A stretch of DNA of 64,000 nt, taken from NCBI GenBank assembly GCA_038203635.1, contig JBBRDT010000004.1, positions 4,154 through 68,153 on the forward strand, in the 5' to 3' direction. Position numbers and translations under genes: made by a program. How positions within the stretch are numbered: the stretch's first letter is position 1; each line of letters opens with the position of its first letter. The notes below the pieces were generated by a model that was given only the letters and a program-made list of their open reading frames with translations, was not told the DNA's origin and searched no databases. The stretch comes from Solirubrobacterales bacterium (GTDB lineage: Bacteria; Actinomycetota; Thermoleophilia; Solirubrobacterales; JBBDJG01). This document shows positions 20,038-26,913 of this stretch, piece after piece.

Positions 20038-21114
20038 CTAAACGGGCTTGCGGAACAGCACGGCGTCCTGCTGGATGTCGAGCGCGCCTCCCGGAGAGAA
20101 GTCGAGCAGCTCGAGCCCCTGGCCGAGCACCTCGCGCACGTAGCGCTCGGGGTGATACGTGGCGCATCCGCTGCTGCCCGAGTGCTCGCCGTCGATGACC
20201 ACGAGCTCGCCGGCCTCGAACCCGGGAGCGATCCGCTCGTGCTCCCCGGGGTGCTCGCGCATGTATTCCACCCGGCTGCGCCCGTGAAAGGTGGGTAGCA
20301 GGACCCCTCCGGGCTTGGTCACCCGCGACAGCTCCTCCATCCACCCCAGCTGCAGCTCGGCGTCGAGGTGCGTGAAGATCGACAGGGCATAGACGAAGTC
20401 GAAGAGGTCGTCGTCGAAGGGCAGCGGCGGCTCGAGCTGATTGACGCGAAAGTCGCCGAACGAAAGGTTCTCGGCGCACCACTGCACGAGGTAAGGGTTG
20501 TAGTCCGACCCGTACAGCTTCGCCTCCGTGAGGTCGGGCCAGTGCCGGATCACACGGCCACACCCACACCCGAAATCGAGGAGGGTGCCGAGCGCGGACG
20601 GCTGCACGCCGTTGCGAACGAGCATCTCGGCAATCCACGTCGTCGCGTAGCGTCCGTAGCGGTGGAACTCCTCCGGTTTTATCCAGCCCGCCACCAACGC
20701 GACCATCTCGGGCGGAGGGACCGGCAGCCCGTCCTGCGCGATCGCAGGCTCAGCTCCGTCGAGGTCCAGCGCATAGATGTGGCAGGCGTCTTCGTCTGCC
20801 GGTATGCGCCGCAGCTGCGTGCGCAGGAATCTCCTCAGCTCGGGGTGGCGCTCCATCCACGGATACACCTCCGAGGGGACCGGGACGTACTGCATCCCGT
20901 TCGTCCGGAAACGCTCGATGCGGACACCGACGTGTGCGCTCGTCAACTCCGCCCGCCCGACGTCGAGCACCACCTTGCCCGTGGTCCTGGCGTCGAGGTC
21001 GGGCATCTCGCCCGGCTCGTTGACGAGCACGCCCACCCGCGCCCAGTACGGAAGGGTGAAGCGCACCTCGCGTTCCACCGGCCCGAACCTGTCGATCGAC
21101 CTCTGCGCCCCCAC
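20038..21114 (-). CDS. Class I SAM methyltransferase with degenerate N-terminal 'VSKGD'-type domain
   Basis: LLDFGCGCGRVIRHW, SIFTHL, KPGG; clear paralogue of 24537-25610. Confidence 0.85.
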   Translation of the reverse strand: MGAQRSIDRFGPVEREVRFTLPYWARVGVLVNEPGEMPDLDARTTGKVVLDVGRAELTSAHVGVRIERFRTNGMQYVPVPSEVYPWMERHPELRRFLRTQLRRIPADEDACHIYALDLDGAEPAIAQDGLPVPPPEMVALVAGWIKPEEFHRYGRYATTWIAEMLVRNGVQPSALGTLLDFGCGCGRVIRHWPDLTEAKLYGSDYNPYLVQWCAENLSFGDFRVNQLEPPLPFDDDLFDFVYALSIFTHLDAELQLGWMEELSRVTKPGGVLLPTFHGRSRVEYMREHPGEHERIAPGFEAGELVVIDGEHSGSSGCATYHPERYVREVLGQGLELLDFSPGGALDIQQDAVLFRKPV

Positions 21115-21201
21115 TCTCCCGTACCTTACGCGGCCGCGTCACCGGGCGTGTGGGTGCGATTGCGATAATTGGCAGATGTACCCGCGCGATGCTCTGTCTG
21201 C

Positions 21202-22359
21202 ATGGCCACCGTCCTAGTCGGCGGGGCGGTTGCCAACAAGCTGCACAACGGCGGAGAGGCGTGGGTGCGGCTGAGCTGGATACGAGGCCTGCGGAAACTC
21301 GGTCTCGACGTATGGTTCGTCGAGCAGATCGACGCCGGCACCTGCGTCGACGCCGCCGGCTCGCCGGCGGCGTTCGGCGATTCCGAGAACCGCCGCTACT
21401 TCGAGACCGTGATGGCCGAGTTCGGGCTGACCGATCGCGCGTCCCTGCTGTACGAGGACGGCGCCGAGACGGCGGGACCGTCACTCGACGAGCTTGCCGA
21501 CGTGGCGGCCGAGGCCGACCTGCTCGTCAACATCAGCGGACACCTGCAGGTACCCGACCTGATGCGCCGGGTGCGACGCAGGGCCTACGTGGACCTCGAC
21601 CCCGGGTTCACGCAGTTCTGGCACGCCGACGGCTGGACCGGCCTCGCGGGGCATGACTCGTACTTCACCGTTGGGGAGAACATCGGCAGGCCTGGATGCG
21701 AAATCCCGACCGGCGGCATCGACTGGCTACCCGTGCCGCCCCCGGTGGTGCTGGAGGACTGGCCACTCTGCGATCACGGGCCCTTTGGGTCGTTCACGAC
21801 CGTCGGGGCCTGGCGCGGCGCCTTCGGCGTGATCGAGCGTGAGGGGCGCACCTACGGGCTGAAGGTGCACGAGTTCCGCAAGGTGATCGAGCTTCCGACC
21901 CAGGTCCCCCACCGCTTCGAGATCGCGCTCGACATATACCCGGGCGACGAGCGCGACCGCGAGTCGCTGGAGGCCAATGGCTGGCACCTGCTTCGTCCCG
22001 CCGAGACGGTCCGCGGGCCGCTCGACTTCCGGCGCTTCGTGCAGCGCTCTGGAGCCGAGTTCTCGGTCGCGCAGGGCATCTACGTGGACACGAACAGCGG
22101 CTGGTTCAGCGACCGCAGCGTGCGGTACCTGGCTTCGGGCCGTCCCGCGCTCCTGCAGGACACCGGCTTCAGCCAGAACTACCCGGTCGGCGAGGGTCTG
22201 GTCGCGTTTCGCACGGTCGCGGAGGCGGCCGCGGGAGCACAGCGCATCGCCGCCGACTACGAAGCGCACCGCGGCGCGGCGCGGGCCCTCGCCGAGGAGC
22301 GCTTCGACTCCGACAAGGTGCTGCCCCGTTTCCTGGAGCAGGCAGGCCTGGGCCGGTGA
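21202..22359 (+). CDS. Unusual GT-B-like putative glycosyltransferase (paralogue 3 of 4)
   Basis: GGEAWVRLSW, YVDLDPGF, GWFSDRSVRYLASGRP..QDTGF. Confidence 0.75.
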   Translation: MATVLVGGAVANKLHNGGEAWVRLSWIRGLRKLGLDVWFVEQIDAGTCVDAAGSPAAFGDSENRRYFETVMAEFGLTDRASLLYEDGAETAGPSLDELADVAAEADLLVNISGHLQVPDLMRRVRRRAYVDLDPGFTQFWHADGWTGLAGHDSYFTVGENIGRPGCEIPTGGIDWLPVPPPVVLEDWPLCDHGPFGSFTTVGAWRGAFGVIEREGRTYGLKVHEFRKVIELPTQVPHRFEIALDIYPGDERDRESLEANGWHLLRPAETVRGPLDFRRFVQRSGAEFSVAQGIYVDTNSGWFSDRSVRYLASGRPALLQDTGFSQNYPVGEGLVAFRTVAEAAAGAQRIAADYEAHRGAARALAEERFDSDKVLPRFLEQAGLGR

Positions 22360-23510
22360 CCGGCGGCCGGCTGCGCATCGTGGTGAGCGGCATGATCGCC
22401 GCCGTGCCGCACCATGGCGGCGCCACCTGGGCGGTGCTCCAGTACCTGCTCGGGTTCCGGGACCTCGGGCACGAGGTCGTATTCGTCGAGCAGATCGACC
22501 CCGGGTCGCTGCGCCCCACCGGGTCGTCCCTCGGCGAGTCCGACAACCACGCCTACATGCGTTCCGTCGCCGAGCGCTTCGGGCTCGGCGACAGTTGGGC
22601 GCTGCTCGAAGAGGGCACGTACCGCACCGCCGGCCTGACGTATGACGCGCTGCGAGCGGCCGCCCGCGACGCGGACGTGCTGATCAACATCTCGGGGATC
22701 CTGACCGACGAGAACCTGATGGCCGCCGCGCGCACGAAGGTCTACCTCGACCTCGACCCCGCGTTCAACCAACTCTGGCACGCCCAGGGCATCGACATGC
22801 ACTTCGAGGGGCACGACTGCTTCGTGACGGTCGGCCAGGCGATCGGCACACCGGACTGCACCATCCCCACGTCCGGCATCGACTGGATCCCGACCGTGCC
22901 GCCCGTACAGCTCGAGCACTGGCCCGTCGCCGCGGGCGGCGCCCGGTTCACGACGATCGGCAACTGGCGCGGCTACGGCTCCGTCGAGCACGAGGGCGTC
23001 AAGTACGGCCAGAAGGCCCACTCCATGCGCGACCTGATGGCGCTCGCCGCGCGCACCGACACGCCCTTCCTGCTCGCGCTCGACATCCATCCGGGCGAGA
23101 CGCCGGACCTCGAGGCGCTCGATCGCAACGGTTGGCAGATCGTCGCCCCCGCAACCGTCGCCGCAGACCCCGACTCATACAAGGAATTCATCGCCGGCTC
23201 GCAGGCCGAGCTCGGGATCGCCAAGAGCGGCTACGTCCTTTCCCGGTGCGGGTGGTTCAGCGATCGCAGCGCCTGCTATCTGGCATCCGGAAAGCCGGTG
23301 GTGGCGCAGGACACCGCCTTCGCGCGGTTCCTGCCGACCGGCGCCGGACTGCTGTCCTTCGCATCCGAGGACGATGCGCTCGCCGGCGTCGAGGACGTTC
23401 GCTCCGACTACGCCCGCCACGCCCGGGCCGCGCGAGAGATCGCCGAGGAGCACCTCGACTCGCGCAAGGTTCTGGCGGGCTTGCTCGAGCGCATCGGAGG
23501 CGCGGCTTGA
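22356..23510 (+). CDS. Unusual GT-B-like putative glycosyltransferase (paralogue 4 of 4)
   Basis: GTGA overlap; GGATWAVLQYLLG, YLDLDPAF, GWFSDRSACYLASGKP..QDT. Confidence 0.75.
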   Translation: MTGGRLRIVVSGMIAAVPHHGGATWAVLQYLLGFRDLGHEVVFVEQIDPGSLRPTGSSLGESDNHAYMRSVAERFGLGDSWALLEEGTYRTAGLTYDALRAAARDADVLINISGILTDENLMAAARTKVYLDLDPAFNQLWHAQGIDMHFEGHDCFVTVGQAIGTPDCTIPTSGIDWIPTVPPVQLEHWPVAAGGARFTTIGNWRGYGSVEHEGVKYGQKAHSMRDLMALAARTDTPFLLALDIHPGETPDLEALDRNGWQIVAPATVAADPDSYKEFIAGSQAELGIAKSGYVLSRCGWFSDRSACYLASGKPVVAQDTAFARFLPTGAGLLSFASEDDALAGVEDVRSDYARHARAAREIAEEHLDSRKVLAGLLERIGGAA

Positions 23511-24523
23511 ACGCGGCTCCGGGAAACGACGAGTTGCGCGCACGGCTCGAGGGCGCTCTCGCCGCGCACGAGGGGACGCCCGTCGCGATCAGCGAACTGG
23601 AGCGCCGCCCGTGTGAATACCGCACCAGCTTCGCTCTCGAAGAGCTCGAGGTGTCACTCGCGGACGGCAGGACGCTGAGGTTGATGTTCAAGGACCTCTC
23701 CCGCGCCTGCCTCGACGCGGACGCGCTCCTGGTGAAGCCCGGCTTCCTGCACGACCCGGTGCGCGAGGTCGAGGTCTACCGCGACCTGCTGGACGGTGCT
23801 GCACTCGGGACCCCCGCTTACCACGGCGCCTTCGTGGACCCGGCCACCGACCGTTACTGGCTCTTCATCGAGAACGTCGTGGGTCCCGTTCTGTGGCAGG
23901 TCGGAGAGTTCCACGTCTGGGAGGAGGCGGCCCGGTGGCTCGCGCGACTGCACGCGGCCCTGGCGCCCGCGGCCGCTGCGGCTCCGCGTTCGCTGCTGCG
24001 CTTTGGACCGGACCTCTATCGCACGTGGATCGAGCGGGCGCGCAATTTCGCCGAGCGCCCATCGACGCCGTGGGACGACGACACGCGAGCGGCGGTGATT
24101 CACCTGTCCACACGCTACGAGCCGGTGGTCGAGCGGCTCGACGCGCTGCATCCGACCATCGTGCACGGTGAGTTCTATCCCTCCAACGTGCTCGTTCAGC
24201 ATCCCGAGGGAGCCGTCAGGATCGCCCCGATCGACTGGGAGATCGCGGGCGTCGGCCCGGGCCTTCTGGACCTCGCGGCGCTCACGATCGGCAAGTGGAC
24301 GCCGGCGCAACGCGAGGCATTGGCGCACGCCTACCGCGAAGCTGCGGCGGCCGGGCCCGCGGCCGACATGCTCCCCGCCGACTTCGACGCGGCGCTCGAC
24401 TGCTGCCGCCTGCACCTCGCGGTCCAGGCGCTCGGATGGGAACCCGGATGGCAACCCCCGGCGGAGCATCGCCACGACTGGCTCGCGGAGTCGGTCCGGA
24501 TCGCCGGCGAGTTGCGCCTCTAG
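23507..24523 (+). CDS. APH/choline-kinase-like phosphotransferase
   Basis: TTGA overlap start; Brenner-like HGEFYPSNV and IDWE. Confidence 0.82.
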   Translation: MNAAPGNDELRARLEGALAAHEGTPVAISELERRPCEYRTSFALEELEVSLADGRTLRLMFKDLSRACLDADALLVKPGFLHDPVREVEVYRDLLDGAALGTPAYHGAFVDPATDRYWLFIENVVGPVLWQVGEFHVWEEAARWLARLHAALAPAAAAAPRSLLRFGPDLYRTWIERARNFAERPSTPWDDDTRAAVIHLSTRYEPVVERLDALHPTIVHGEFYPSNVLVQHPEGAVRIAPIDWEIAGVGPGLLDLAALTIGKWTPAQREALAHAYREAAAAGPAADMLPADFDAALDCCRLHLAVQALGWEPGWQPPAEHRHDWLAESVRIAGELRL

Positions 24524-24536
24524 AGTGCAGGACCGG

Positions 24537-25610
24537 ATGCCGGCGAGCCACACCGAGACCAGCCCGCACGTGCTCGATGTGCTGCGATTCGCCGTTCCGT
24601 GGGATGCGGCGGTGGCCGTGATCGGAAGCGAGGTCGATTGGATCGGCCGCCGGCTGGTCGTGCCCTTCTCGCCCGACGGCCGGATCGCCACGGAGCTCTC
24701 CGAGGCAGAAGCGATCGAACGGCTCGAGGCGCTGCGTGCGGAGGGATGCGAATACCTCGTCGTGGGACCCTCGGCGTATGCGTGGCTCGACTCGCGCTCC
24801 GGCTTCAAGCAGCGCCTCGAGACGCAATATCGGCTCGTCGACCACGACCCGCAGGCATGCGCGGCCTACGCGCTGCACGGTGTGGAAGAGCGGGCCGGTG
24901 CGGACGGGCTGCCCCTGCCTCCGCCGGACCTGATCCGGATGACCTCCGGCCTTTACCGGCGCGCTGCCGATCCCGAAGCAATGCGCCGCCGCTACGAGGC
25001 CACCGGCGCCGACAATGCCGTGTGGATCCGCGACATCCTGACACGCAACGGCGTCGCGCTGAACGAGCCCGTTGCGCTGCTCGACTTCGGCTGCGGCTGC
25101 GGACGCGTGATCCGCCATTGGAAGGACCTGCCGGGCAGTGTGCACGGCAGCGACTACAACCCGAACCTCGTGCGCTGGTGTGCCGAGCACCTTCCCTTCG
25201 CAGAGTTCCGCGCGAACGCGGCTGAGCCGCCCTTACCCTACGAGGCCGGCTCGTTCGACATCCTCTATGCGATCTCGATCTTCACCCATCTCGACGAGCC
25301 TCTGCAGATGCCGTGGATCGCAGAGCTGACCCGAGTCGTCCGGCCGGGAGGGTTGATCCTGATCACCGTCTCCGGCGAGGACTACGTGCACAACATGCCC
25401 GGATGGGAGCGCCTGCGCGAAGCCTTCGAGTCCGGGCAACTGGTCGTGAGGAAGCCCGAGCGCACCGGCTCCAATGCGTGCGCCGCGTTCCACCCGCCGG
25501 AATATGTGCGCGACACGCTCACCGCGGGCCTCGAGATCGTCGACCACGAGCCCGGCGTCCGCCAGGCGGGCCGGCAGGACGGGCTGCTGCTGCGCACCCC
25601 GGTGAAGTGA
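24537..25610 (+). CDS. Class I SAM methyltransferase with N-terminal 'VSKGD'-type domain (alternative start GTG 24525)
   Basis: LLDFGCGCGRVIRHW, SIFTHL, RPGG; N-terminal LEALRAEGCEYLVV...CAAYAL. Confidence 0.85.
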   Translation: MPASHTETSPHVLDVLRFAVPWDAAVAVIGSEVDWIGRRLVVPFSPDGRIATELSEAEAIERLEALRAEGCEYLVVGPSAYAWLDSRSGFKQRLETQYRLVDHDPQACAAYALHGVEERAGADGLPLPPPDLIRMTSGLYRRAADPEAMRRRYEATGADNAVWIRDILTRNGVALNEPVALLDFGCGCGRVIRHWKDLPGSVHGSDYNPNLVRWCAEHLPFAEFRANAAEPPLPYEAGSFDILYAISIFTHLDEPLQMPWIAELTRVVRPGGLILITVSGEDYVHNMPGWERLREAFESGQLVVRKPERTGSNACAAFHPPEYVRDTLTAGLEIVDHEPGVRQAGRQDGLLLRTPVK

Positions 25611-26326
25611 TGGCAGAGCGGGTCCTGATCGTGAACGCCGACGACTTCGGGCTCAGCCCCGGTGTCAACGCCGGCGTCGCGCGCGCCCACGAGCAGGGAA
25701 TCCTCACCAGCGCGAGCCTGATGGTGCGGTTCCCGGCCGCCGCCGAGGCGGCCGCGTACGCGCACAGCGCCCCCGGCCTCAGCCTGGGACTGCACGTCGA
25801 CCTGGGCGAGTGGGTCTACAACGACGGCGACTGGGACACGGTATACGAGGTCGTGACGCTCGACGACCCCGACGCGGTCGTCGACGAGGTGGGCAGGCAG
25901 GTCGAGTCGTTCCGAAGGCTGGTTGGGCGCGACCCGAGCCACATCGACTCGCACCAGCACGTGCACAACTGGGACCCGGTCGTGACGTCCTTCAGAACCC
26001 TCGCCCTGGCGCTCGGCGTGCCGCTGCGCCACTACACCGCCGGCGTGTCCTACTGCGGTGACCTGTACGGCCAGTTGAACGACGGGACACCGATCCCCGG
26101 CGCGCTCACTCCGCGCGCTCTGATCGAGATCATCGAGCAGCTGCCGGCCGGGATCACGGAGCTGGCCTGTCACCCCGGGCTCGGCGACGACAGCGGGTCG
26201 GTCTACGAACGCGAGCGCACGCAGGAGGTCGAGGTTCTGTGCGACCCGACCGTGCGCGGGGCGCTCGAGCGCGAGCGCATCGTGCTGCGGTCGTTCGCTC
26301 ACCTTGCGTCCGGGGGCGCGGCCTAA
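25610..26326 (+). CDS. ChbG/YdjC/HpnK family carbohydrate deacetylase
   Basis: TGATG overlap; LIVNADDFG, GLHVDL, HIDSHQHVH, ELACHPG. Confidence 0.92.
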   Translation: MAERVLIVNADDFGLSPGVNAGVARAHEQGILTSASLMVRFPAAAEAAAYAHSAPGLSLGLHVDLGEWVYNDGDWDTVYEVVTLDDPDAVVDEVGRQVESFRRLVGRDPSHIDSHQHVHNWDPVVTSFRTLALALGVPLRHYTAGVSYCGDLYGQLNDGTPIPGALTPRALIEIIEQLPAGITELACHPGLGDDSGSVYERERTQEVEVLCDPTVRGALERERIVLRSFAHLASGGAA

Positions 26327-26346
26327 ACGCTAGGGTTCCCACTCTG

Positions 26347-26886
26347 ATGGAGCACGAAGGATTCACACTGTGGCTCACCGGGCTGCCCCGATCGGGCAAG
26401 AGCACCGTCGCGGGCTTGGTCGCCGGGCGACTGCGTTCGCTCGGCGTCGAGCAGATCGAGGTCCTCGACGGGGACGTCGTGCGCGACGGCCTGTGCCGGG
26501 ACCTGGGCTTCTCCCGCGAGGACCGCACCGAGAACATCCGGCGCATCGCCTTCGTCAGCAAGCTGCTGACGCGCAACGGCGTCGCGGTGATCGTCGCGGC
26601 GATCTCGCCCTACCGTGAGGACCGCGAGCTGGCACGCGAGGAGATCCAGTCCTTCATCGAGGTCTGGTGCCACGCCTCCGCGGACGACTGCGCCGCGCGT
26701 GATTATAAGGGCCTCTACGAGAAGGCCCGGCGCGGCGAGATCACGAACCTCACAGGGGTCAACGACCCCTACGAAGAGCCCGAGGATGCCGACCTCGTGC
26801 TCGACACGGTCGGCGAGGGGCCCGAGGCGAGCGCCGAGCGCGTGATGTCACTGCTGCGCGACCGCGGCGTACTGCCTGCGGCCTAG
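26347..26886 (+). CDS. cysC: Adenylyl-sulfate (APS) kinase
   Basis: WLTGLPRSGKST, LDGD..R, DLGFSREDRTENIRRI, ISPY, KGLY, TGVNDPYEEP. Confidence 0.95.
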   Translation: MEHEGFTLWLTGLPRSGKSTVAGLVAGRLRSLGVEQIEVLDGDVVRDGLCRDLGFSREDRTENIRRIAFVSKLLTRNGVAVIVAAISPYREDRELAREEIQSFIEVWCHASADDCAARDYKGLYEKARRGEITNLTGVNDPYEEPEDADLVLDTVGEGPEASAERVMSLLRDRGVLPAA

Positions 26887-26913
26887 TCAGTCCTAGTCAG
26901 TCCCGGCTACCGA

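Noticed and set aside
23507-24523. Aminoglycoside resistance gene
   Set aside because: The APH fold is shared by many small-molecule kinases, and the gene is translationally coupled inside a biosynthetic operon.
25610-26326. Hopanoid biosynthesis (HpnK)
   Set aside because: No squalene-hopene cyclase or other hpn genes in the window; the family is broad.
2-26886. Nod-factor-like pathway (GT2, deacetylase, sulfotransferase, APS kinase, methyltransferase, ABC)
   Set aside because: Only a functional analogy. There is no NodA acyltransferase, no QxxRW chitin-synthase-type GT2, and the deacetylase is YdjC rather than NodB type.
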